Source: Eubacteriales bacterium (lineage in GTDB: Bacteria > Bacillota > Clostridia > Oscillospirales > SIG627). From it: DNA of 60,841 nt. Positions within the stretch are counted from its first letter, which is position 1, and every line of letters begins with the position of its first letter. The stretch is taken from the NCBI GenBank assembly GCA_045531285.1, contig JAZSDT010000083.1:1-60841 (forward strand), written 5' to 3'. Positions 53,916-60,841 of the stretch are shown piece after piece. Position numbers and translations under genes: made by a program. The notes beneath the pieces were generated by a model. It ran no database searches. It was not told the DNA's origin and saw nothing but the letters and a program-made list of their open reading frames with translations.

Positions 53916-54719
53916 ATGACTATGACTTGTCCAAAATGCGGCATGGAAATGCCAGAAGGCGCAACAACCTGTCCAAACTGTCCCACTACTCCGGAAAAAC
54001 CTTTGAAGAAGGGTGAATTCATTAAAAAAGAGGCAACAAAGGGTATAAAAGCCGTTTCTAAGCTTACTTGGTTAGCATTTATTGTATGTGCGGCTCTTGT
54101 TATCGGCGGTGCATATCTTGCACTTACCACCCACGTGTTTGATATCCCTGCACTTGACTTTGCAAAGGATATCGTAGGTTCTAACGACGATATAATCGAA
54201 GAGTTTGAAACCTTCCTTAAGGATGACGAGCTTTATCAATATGCAAAGACTTCTTATGAAGAAAACATCGACGATTTGACAGCTGAAGAGCAAAAGATGG
54301 CTGAGAAGGCTCTTGACGAATGCGTTATCTTTATGGACGCTCCAAACCTTCTCAACACAAGATCCTTCTATATATCGGTTCTTGACTGTATTGAGCACGA
54401 TAATCCCGTTTCAAGAGACTATGCGGAAAAATACGATTACGCAGATTCGCTTGGAGAAATCGTTGTACTTGTACTCAACGTAATAATCTGTTCCGTTGCG
54501 GGTATAGCAATTCTTTCGGTCATCTTCCTTCTTATCTCTGCAGCAAATAAATCCGTAGGACTTGTAGTTGTTACAATTTTACTTACGGCAATCGTTAACG
54601 TATTGCTTGTAGGAATCGTTTATGCAATAGTAACAGCTGTACTCCTCATCGTTATGGCGTTCCTTGCAGGTGCCGTTAACAAGGCTTATAAAGCATACCG
54701 TCAAACATTCGTAAAGTAA
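53916..54719 (+). CDS. Zinc-ribbon N-terminal multi-pass membrane protein
   Basis: MTMTCPKCGMEMPEGATTCPNCP, then one TM helix, an acidic domain and 2-3 C-terminal TM helices. The alternative ATG at 53922 has better RBS spacing. Confidence 0.6.
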   Translation: MTMTCPKCGMEMPEGATTCPNCPTTPEKPLKKGEFIKKEATKGIKAVSKLTWLAFIVCAALVIGGAYLALTTHVFDIPALDFAKDIVGSNDDIIEEFETFLKDDELYQYAKTSYEENIDDLTAEEQKMAEKALDECVIFMDAPNLLNTRSFYISVLDCIEHDNPVSRDYAEKYDYADSLGEIVVLVLNVIICSVAGIAILSVIFLLISAANKSVGLVVVTILLTAIVNVLLVGIVYAIVTAVLLIVMAFLAGAVNKAYKAYRQTFVK

Positions 54720-54735
54720 TTATTTATCGGTATAC

Positions 54736-54770
54736 AAAAATACGTCTCACTTTTGTGAGACGTATTTTTG
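54736..54770 (+). terminator. Intrinsic terminator
   Basis: ATACGTCTCAC-TTTT-GTGAGACGTAT followed by TTTT. Confidence 0.85.
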
Positions 54771-54778
54771 TACTTTAT

Positions 54779-54986
54779 GGGAAATTTCTCGATTATTACG
54801 CCCTCGCCGTTTTGCTTTGTTTGGGTAGTATTGTCATAAGGGTAGGCGAGATTTGCCAGCGGCTGCTAGCCGCTTTTTCACTTTATATGAAATTTCTCGA
54901 TTATTACGCTCTCGCCGTTTTGCTTTGTTTGGGTAGTATTGTCATAAGGGTAGGCGAGATTTGCCAGCGGAGGCTCTCCGCTTTTT
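54779..54986 (-). repeat. 106-bp repeat family, variant subfamily, 2 units in reverse orientation (locus K, 110-bp period)
   Basis: GAAATTTCTCGATTATTACGC(C/T)CTCGCCGTTTTGCTTTGTTTGGGTAGTATTGTCATAAGGGTAGGCGAGATTTGCCAGCGG(CTGCTAG/AGGCTCT)CCGC occurs twice. The core between the CTCGCC/GGCGAG arms and the tail differ from the main family. Confidence 0.9.
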
Positions 54987-55001
54987 CACAAGATAGCAAC
55001 T

Positions 55002-55193
55002 TTATTTCACTATAAAGCCAAGCTCTTCAATTGCATTCTTTACCTCTGCATCGTCAATAGATGCCTTTGATACCTTTACTTCACCGCTTTCAAGGTTGAT
55101 GCTCACCGAGTATCCCAACTCTGTCAACGCTTTTTCAACCCTTGACGAACAATGATTACAATGCATACCTTCTACCTTAACAATCTTTTCCAT
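55002..55193 (-). CDS. copZ: Copper chaperone CopZ (heavy-metal-associated domain)
   Basis: VEGMHCNHCSSRVEKAL MxCxxC motif. 63 aa. Confidence 0.9.
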   Translation of the reverse strand: MEKIVKVEGMHCNHCSSRVEKALTELGYSVSINLESGEVKVSKASIDDAEVKNAIEELGFIVK

Positions 55194-55205
55194 AACAGTT
55201 CTCCT

Positions 55206-57431
55206 TTATTTTTTTAATAATCTTAATGAATTACTTACAACAAACACCGAGCTGAAGCTCATAGCGGCAGCACCTATCATAGGATTAAGCACTAGCCCAA
55301 ATGTGCTGAACACACCTGCGGCGAGGGGAATTCCCAAAACGTTGTAGAAAAACGCCCAAAACAAATTTTGCTTAATAATACGCAACGTGGTTTTGGCATA
55401 CTTTACAACACGCACGACCTGTCGGATATCCTCTCCCATAAGCACAACGTCGGATGCGTCAATTGCAATATCCGTACCGCTTCCAAGGGATACTCCAATA
55501 TCTGCCGATGCAAGCGAAGGACTGTCGTTTACTCCGTCTCCAATCATTGCCACCTTGCCGCTTTGCTGATACTTCTTTATGTGAGCTTCCTTGTCGGCAG
55601 GCATAACCTGAGCAATAACCTCGTCAACACCTATCTCTTTTGCCACGGCATCTGCTGTAGCTTTGTTGTCACCCGTGAGCAATACCGTTTTTATGCCCAT
55701 TTCTTTAAGAGCGGCGAAGGTCTCTTTTGCTCCGTCCTTGACTCTGTCGCTGATTGCAATAATACCTATCACACGGTCATCAACGGCAAAATACATAGAG
55801 GTCTTGCCTTCCAAGGATAGAGCGTTTGCTCTTTCTTCATAAGCCGTTATATCAACTCCGTTTTCCTGCATATAGGAGCTGTTTCCGCCAAGCAGACGGT
55901 GACCTTCGTAATTTGCTTCTACACCACGTCCCAAAACAGAACGGAAATCCGTAACCGAAAAGGCTTCTACGTCGCGTGTATACTCCACGATTGCCTTTGC
56001 CAACGGGTGCTCACTTGACAGCTCAAGAGAGCGTGCAAGCCGTAAAAGAGCCTCTTGGCTGTCTGATACCACGTCGCTGACCTGCATCTTTCCTGTGGTT
56101 ACTGTACCTGTTTTATCAAAAACCGCAACAGAAATACTCGACGTAAGCTCAGCCCATGATGCATTTTTTACAAGTATTCCTTCACTTGCCAGTCTTCCCA
56201 CAGATACGGTTATCGCAACAGGTGTGGCTAGTCCCAGTGCACAGGGACATGAAATTACCAGCACAGACAGAGCTCTGGACAAAGCGTATTCAAAGCCGCT
56301 TCCAATAAGCATCCATATTATAAACGTCACCAAGGATATTGCCATAACTGTAGGCACAAATATACGGCTTATTTTGTCGGCTAGCTTAGCAACAGGTGCC
56401 TTTGTTGCGGCGGCATTTTCCACCAGTGATATTATTTGTGACAGTGTAGTATCCTTTCCCACACTGACAGCACGGAATTTAACGTAAGAATCTACAACGA
56501 GGCTTGCCGAAGTTATCTCATCACCCACTCCCTTTTCCACCGGGACACTTTCTCCCGTAAGGCTTGACATATCAAAGGTTGCGTGGCCCTCGGTTATGAT
56601 GCCGTCATGTGCCACTCTGGAGCCCGGACGAAGTACTACTATATCACCTACGACAACATCGTCGGTAGGTATTTGTACTTCTCTGCCCTCTCTTTCCACA
56701 GTAACGGTTTCGGGACGCAGCTTTTCCAGTCCTCTGAGAGCGTCACCTGTTTTGTCCTTTGAGCGCTCTTCAAAGAATTTTCCCAGCGTTACAAGAGTGA
56801 GTATCATTGCCGATGACTCGAAGTACAGGTTATGACGGTAGAGGTCAACCGTGTGGGTGTTCCCCGTACCAAGTCCCCATCCTATCATATATATGGCAAA
56901 AATGCCGTACACAACGCCTGCCAAAGAGCCTGTGGCAACAAGCGTATCCATATTGGGAGCTTTATTTTTCAACGCCTTCCATCCCGAAACAAAAAACTTT
57001 CGGTTTACGTAGAGAACAGGAAGTGTCAGAATAAACTGGCTAAAGGAAAATACAAGTGCCATTTCTCTGCCCTTGAAGAAAAAGGGCTGAGGAAGAGACA
57101 GCATATGTCCCATTGAAATATACATCAAAACCGCCAAAAAAACAAAAGATACAACAAGTCGTGTCTTGACAGGGGTAAATGGCTCAACCTTCGTGTCGGG
57201 CTGTTTTTCCTTTTTTTCGTCTGTTATTTCACTTGCCTCAAATCCTGCCTTGGATACGGCACGGATTATATCCTCTGTGCTTACCTTGGTTTCGTCAAAG
57301 TCGCACACCATTGTTTTGGCAAGCAGGTTTACAGGGGCAGACACAACACCGTCCAGCCTTGACACTGCACGTTCAACGGCAGCCGAACAGGCAGAGCAGC
57401 TCATACCCTCTACAGTAAAGCGTTTTTTCAT
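55206..57431 (-). CDS. copA: Copper-translocating P1B-type ATPase
   Basis: N-terminal GMSCSACSAAVE HMA domain, TM CPC motif (SCPCALGLATP), DKTGTVT, GDGVNDSP. 741 aa. Confidence 0.95.
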   Translation of the reverse strand: MKKRFTVEGMSCSACSAAVERAVSRLDGVVSAPVNLLAKTMVCDFDETKVSTEDIIRAVSKAGFEASEITDEKKEKQPDTKVEPFTPVKTRLVVSFVFLAVLMYISMGHMLSLPQPFFFKGREMALVFSFSQFILTLPVLYVNRKFFVSGWKALKNKAPNMDTLVATGSLAGVVYGIFAIYMIGWGLGTGNTHTVDLYRHNLYFESSAMILTLVTLGKFFEERSKDKTGDALRGLEKLRPETVTVEREGREVQIPTDDVVVGDIVVLRPGSRVAHDGIITEGHATFDMSSLTGESVPVEKGVGDEITSASLVVDSYVKFRAVSVGKDTTLSQIISLVENAAATKAPVAKLADKISRIFVPTVMAISLVTFIIWMLIGSGFEYALSRALSVLVISCPCALGLATPVAITVSVGRLASEGILVKNASWAELTSSISVAVFDKTGTVTTGKMQVSDVVSDSQEALLRLARSLELSSEHPLAKAIVEYTRDVEAFSVTDFRSVLGRGVEANYEGHRLLGGNSSYMQENGVDITAYEERANALSLEGKTSMYFAVDDRVIGIIAISDRVKDGAKETFAALKEMGIKTVLLTGDNKATADAVAKEIGVDEVIAQVMPADKEAHIKKYQQSGKVAMIGDGVNDSPSLASADIGVSLGSGTDIAIDASDVVLMGEDIRQVVRVVKYAKTTLRIIKQNLFWAFFYNVLGIPLAAGVFSTFGLVLNPMIGAAAMSFSSVFVVSNSLRLLKK

Positions 57432-57561
57432 TGTTTCACCTCAGTTTGTCATTGCTAACTTTGTATTATCATAACACATTTTCATAAATTTTACAAGTAT
57501 TAATTTAGGGGTTGTCAAAAAAGAATTTATATGGTAAAATATAAAGGTGACAGTTTGCTTT

Positions 57562-57640
57562 GAGAATCTCGCCTATCGCAACGTTGTGCATACTCTCAAA
57601 AAAGCAAAACAGCGAGGTTGTATTAGATTTAATTTTCTTT
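57562..57640 (+). repeat. 106-bp repeat family, degenerate unit (locus L)
   Basis: GAGAATCTCGCCTATCGCAACGTTGTGCATACTCTCAAAAAAGCAAAACAGCGAGGTTGTATTAGATTTAATTTTC. Confidence 0.7.
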
Positions 57641-57707
57641 TATAAAAATTTTTCAAAAAAATGTGACCTTACCGCACGCTTATGCGTGTTAAGGATAGGA
57701 GGTACAA

Positions 57708-58172
57708 ATGAGCCGTTCCGTTACGGAGCAGTTTGACGAGGTTTACGGCAAGTATTCAAATATGCTGTACCGACTGGCACTCTCACATCTTTTATCAAAG
57801 GAAGACGCAGAGGATGCGGTACACGACGTATTTATGAAATATATAAACTCCACACCCCACTTTTTCGGTGAAGAGCACGAAAAGGCTTGGTTCATACGGG
57901 TGACCGTAAACCAGTGCCACGATGCCGCCAGACGCAGAAGTGTACGCACCCACTCCCCTCTTGAAGATGCCGCTGAAATATGCGCAGAAATGGGAGCAGG
58001 CGAGGTTACGGAAGCTGTGCTGGGGCTGGAGGATACCTACAAAACTCCCATACTACTCCACTATTATGAAGGATACAGCGTCGAAGAGTGTGCAAGAATA
58101 CTCAGAATATCGGTTTCCGCTGTCAAAATGCGTTTGGCAAGGGCAAGAGAAAAGCTGAAAATTGATTTATAA
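57708..58172 (+). CDS. ECF-subfamily RNA polymerase sigma-70 factor
   Basis: Region 2 DAEDAVHDVFMKYI...AWFIRVTVNQCHD. Region 4 YYEGYSVEECARILRISVSAVKMRLARAREKL. Confidence 0.85.
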   Translation: MSRSVTEQFDEVYGKYSNMLYRLALSHLLSKEDAEDAVHDVFMKYINSTPHFFGEEHEKAWFIRVTVNQCHDAARRRSVRTHSPLEDAAEICAEMGAGEVTEAVLGLEDTYKTPILLHYYEGYSVEECARILRISVSAVKMRLARAREKLKIDL

Positions 58173-58188
58173 TTGGAGGTGTTGCCCG

Positions 58189-58728
58189 ATGATAGACAAA
58201 AAAGATATAGATGCTTACATGAGTATCACAGCTCCCGATTCCATCAAAGAAAAAGTGATGGCGGAGCAGGCAAAGAACAACAGCCGAATTTCCTCGAAGG
58301 TCCGTATGTGCTATGCACTTGCGGCGGCATTATTGGTAATAGTCGCAGTTTTTGCTTTCCTCCCCGATACAAAAACTCAACTCTATTACTCCGATATGCC
58401 GCTTGACAAAAATGCCGTAGTTTTAAACACGGCAGATAATTCAAACGCAAGGATAGCTCTTCTTTCCGCAAGAGACGTTGAAGAGATACCACTGACCATA
58501 AAGACCGATAAAAAAACAGACGTAACAGTTTCTCACGGAAGTATTATAATTCTGGGAGAAGACAAGGCGACAAACGCCGGTAACAGTGTCAAAATAGACA
58601 GTGACACCTACATTCTGTGGTCTGTAGAGCTTGTTTCCTACAATGACGGTTACACAATTACCGTAGGCGATGACTCATACTGTATTTCAAAAAATAACAA
58701 AGCCCAATGGGTTTTGTCAAAAAAATAA
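58189..58728 (+). CDS. Putative anti-sigma factor (single-pass membrane protein)
   Basis: Immediately downstream of, and overlapping, the ECF sigma gene. One TM helix (CYALAAALLVIVAVFAFL). ATG at 58189 after a GGAGGTG RBS. Confidence 0.45.
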   Translation: MIDKKDIDAYMSITAPDSIKEKVMAEQAKNNSRISSKVRMCYALAAALLVIVAVFAFLPDTKTQLYYSDMPLDKNAVVLNTADNSNARIALLSARDVEEIPLTIKTDKKTDVTVSHGSIIILGEDKATNAGNSVKIDSDTYILWSVELVSYNDGYTITVGDDSYCISKNNKAQWVLSKK

Positions 58729-58753
58729 TTTTCTAAACGAAAGGAAAAACAAA

Positions 58754-59383
58754 ATGAAAAAGCTTAGCATCATCCTCGCGGCTCTTCTTGCCGCAAGCGT
58801 ACTCCTCGTATCCTGCGCAAAGGACGAGACAGTATCCCCCAACAACCAGGAAGTTGAAAACCAGGAAACAGTTACTCCCGACGAGCTCCCCGAAACTCCC
58901 GTTGAAGACGAGACTCCTGTTGAAGATGAGACTCCTGTTGAGCCCGAAGTTCCCGCAGCATCCGGCCTTCAGGCTACAGTAGACGCTATCTACGAAAAGT
59001 ACCCCGTTCCCTTCATGGCAGGTACAATCCCCGCAGAAATGATTACAGCAGATTCATATGCATACTACACAGGTATGGCTGATGACTCCAAGGTTGCTGA
59101 CCTTCTTGTTTCAGAGTCTATGATAGGCGCTCAGGCATACTCTCTTGTTCTTGTTACCGTTAAGGACGGCGAGGACGTAAATGCAGTTGCTGACGCTATG
59201 ATGAACGGCATCGACCAGAGAAAGTGGATGTGCGTTGAAGCAGACCTTATCAGAACAGTTACCCATGGCAACACAGTAATGCTTGTTATGATCGATTCTT
59301 CAATGGAGATCCCCGTTGACGGCTTTGTAACCGCATTTGAAGAGGTTGTAGGAGCAGTTGAATACGAGTCTGTAAAGGGCTAA
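58754..59383 (+). CDS. Lipoprotein, DUF4358-like
   Basis: Lipobox MKKLSIILAALLAASVLLVSC, acidic Pro/Glu linker (TPVEDETPVEDETPVEPEVP), then GAQAYSLVLVTVKDGEDVNAV..., typical of DUF4358. Confidence 0.5.
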   Translation: MKKLSIILAALLAASVLLVSCAKDETVSPNNQEVENQETVTPDELPETPVEDETPVEDETPVEPEVPAASGLQATVDAIYEKYPVPFMAGTIPAEMITADSYAYYTGMADDSKVADLLVSESMIGAQAYSLVLVTVKDGEDVNAVADAMMNGIDQRKWMCVEADLIRTVTHGNTVMLVMIDSSMEIPVDGFVTAFEEVVGAVEYESVKG

Positions 59384-59398
59384 TTTATACATTATCAA

Positions 59399-59430
59399 GG
59401 GGAGCTGTTAATACAGCTCCCTCTTTTTTT
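59399..59430 (+). terminator. Intrinsic terminator (possibly leaky)
   Basis: GGGAGCTG-TTAATA-CAGCTCCC followed by TCTTTTTTT. Confidence 0.75.
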
Positions 59431-59444
59431 AAGGCGGTGACATA

Positions 59445-60841
59445 ATGCTTTTTTCGGGTATTCCCTTTCTGTTTTATTTTTTGCCCATTGTATTAATTGT
59501 TTATTTTTGCGTACCCAAATTTTTAAAAAATGCAGTTCTTCTCGTAGCCAGTCTTATTTTCTACGGCTGGGGTGAGCCTGTATATTTGTTTTTAATGGCG
59601 GCTTCCATCCTTTTGGGCTTCTTTATCGGTATGTTTATCGATAAATCCAAAACCAAGGCTATGAAGAAGCTGTGGCTTACCGTTTCGGTTATATCAAGCG
59701 TTTTGCTTCTTGGCTTCTTTAAGTATGCCGATTTCTTCATTGACAATTTCAATGCGGTTACAGGACTCTCTGTGCCTCTCTTGAGAATTGCTCTTCCCAT
59801 CGGTATAAGCTTCTATACCTTCCAGATACTCAGCTACACGATTGACGTATACCGCGGTAACGTTCCCTATCAGAAAAACATAATCAATTTCGGCACCTAC
59901 GTAGCTCTTTTTCCTCAGCTCATTGCAGGTCCTATCGTACGTTACGTAGACATTGCCCGTGAGCTTGAATCAAGGGAGCATTCCTTTGAAAAGTTCTACC
60001 TTGGTATGAGACGCTTTATAGTAGGCCTCTCCAAAAAAGTACTCATTGCAAATCAGATGGGTGCTGTGTGTGACCTTTTCCGCGAGACCTCAGAAAAGTC
60101 AACTCTCTTCTTCTGGGTATACGCCATAGCCTTCGCTATACACGTTTATTTCGACTTTTCGGGATATTCGGATATGGCAATAGGTCTTGGTAAAATATTC
60201 GGATTCAATTTCATCGAAAACTTCAATTATCCATATATATCCAAGAGCATCAGCGAATTCTGGCGCAGATGGCATATGTCCCTTGGCTCTTGGTTCAGAG
60301 ACTACGTTTACATTCCCCTTGGCGGCAACCGTGTAAATATCGGCAGATGGCTCTTCAACACCCTCGTGGTATGGATGCTGACAGGCTTATGGCACGGCGC
60401 GGCATGGAACTTTGTAATGTGGGGACTGTTATATGCAGTGCTTCTCATCACAGAAAAGTTCTTTGTAAGAAAGCTCATTGAGAAGAATGCCGTTATTGCT
60501 CACGTATACACCATGCTCTTTGTAACAATAGGCTTTGTAATCTTCAATGCGCCTGATATGGCTGTTGCCGGTCAGGACCTTTTAGGCATGATAGGTATTG
60601 GAGGATACGCTTTCTCAAACAGCTTCACCCTTTATCACCTATCCAGCAATGCCCTTATATTTATTCTTGGAATTTTAGGCTCTACGCCTCTTCCCAAGAT
60701 GCTTCACTCAAAGCTTGCCGACGGCAAGGCAAAAAACGTTGTGGCTGTAATCGAGCCTGCAGTATGCATTATACTTCTTCTGGTGTGCACAGCATACCTT
60801 GTAGACGGCTCTTACAATCCGTTCCTGTATTTCAGATTTTA
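59445..60841 (+). CDS. MBOAT-family membrane O-acyltransferase (AlgI/DltB-like), 3' end outside the window
   Basis: Not in the ORF track (no stop in the window). My own translation from the ATG at 59445 gives MLFSGIPFLFYFLPI...LPIGISFYTFQ...FWRRWHMSLGSWFRDYVYIPLGGNR...LWHGAAWNF, which contains the MBOAT His motif. Open to the window end. Confidence 0.85.
   Translation, partial: MLFSGIPFLFYFLPIVLIVYFCVPKFLKNAVLLVASLIFYGWGEPVYLFLMAASILLGFFIGMFIDKSKTKAMKKLWLTVSVISSVLLLGFFKYADFFIDNFNAVTGLSVPLLRIALPIGISFYTFQILSYTIDVYRGNVPYQKNIINFGTYVALFPQLIAGPIVRYVDIARELESREHSFEKFYLGMRRFIVGLSKKVLIANQMGAVCDLFRETSEKSTLFFWVYAIAFAIHVYFDFSGYSDMAIGLGKIFGFNFIENFNYPYISKSISEFWRRWHMSLGSWFRDYVYIPLGGNRVNIGRWLFNTLVVWMLTGLWHGAAWNFVMWGLLYAVLLITEKFFVRKLIEKNAVIAHVYTMLFVTIGFVIFNAPDMAVAGQDLLGMIGIGGYAFSNSFTLYHLSSNALIFILGILGSTPLPKMLHSKLADGKAKNVVAVIEPAVCIILLLVCTAYLVDGSYNPFLYFRF

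Noticed and set aside
54755-55015. ORF-track proteins lying in repeat loci (54755-55015, 44576-44869, 42008-42511, 12558-12935).
   Set aside because: They are translations of the repeat units, or of the tRNA-Val plus its terminator. They share peptide strings only because the DNA is repeated, and they have no RBS or coding-like context.
57432-57707. CopY/CsoR-type operator upstream of copA.
   Set aside because: I found no TACAnnTGTA cop box or GC-rich CsoR palindrome, and no cognate repressor gene is in the window. Only a possible + strand promoter (TTGTCA-N17-TAAAAT, about 57514-57542) and a degenerate repeat unit are seen.

Overview
This 60.8-kb chromosomal window comes from an anaerobic, endospore-forming Firmicute. 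The content is Clostridia-like (yunB, dpaA/dpaB, a cohesin+SLH wall protein, a ferredoxin-linked 2-oxoacid oxidoreductase), but the exact taxon cannot be determined from the sequence alone. I call about 49 protein genes, one tRNA-Val(UAC), three T-box riboswitches, about 10 intrinsic terminators and a dispersed 106-bp structured repeat family. I saw no rRNA, CRISPR array or transposase.

Layout:
- 1-2.8 kb: terminal recombination module (tyrosine recombinase, Xis-like HTH, Tn916-type integrase) of an integrated element whose body lies left of the window.
- 2.9-10.1 kb: ychF, a HAD phosphatase, a PadR-DUF1700-DUF4097 operon, and AAC(3)-like, MFS and MATE genes.
- 10.5-12.7 kb: cohesin-SLH protein, a Cys-rich putative spore-coat protein, and tRNA-Val.
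- 12.8-24.3 kb: an AraC-rich glycan-utilisation patch (GH4, GH127-like, an 862-aa unknown protein) plus brnQ.
- 24.4-40.2 kb: the main result (below).
- 40.3-60.8 kb: CapA-like, yunB, zinc-ribbon membrane proteins, AEC/DMT transporters, an acyl-CoA ligase + E2-like acyltransferase pair, dpaAB, an orphan solute-binding lipoprotein, copA/copZ, and an ECF sigma/anti-sigma module with a DUF4358 lipoprotein and an MBOAT gene.

Main result: three T-box leaders have specifiers that I read as Ile (AUC), Val (GUA) and Leu (CUC). Each precedes a different, unusually fused acyl-CoA ligase: two HTH-cupin-ligase fusions, and one TIM-barrel-ligase fusion preceded by a catalytically dead LeuA-like protein. 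The Val leader also controls a P-loop NTPase, a four-subunit VOR-type oxidoreductase and ilvE. I interpret this as a starvation-gated pathway that makes branched-chain amino acids from branched short-chain fatty acids by reductive carboxylation.

Second result: the 106-bp repeat occurs at 12 intergenic loci (about 17 units). It has a covarying hairpin, an internal inverted repeat and a promoter-like tail.

All calls rest on reading the sequence and on motif recognition. No searches or computations were run.
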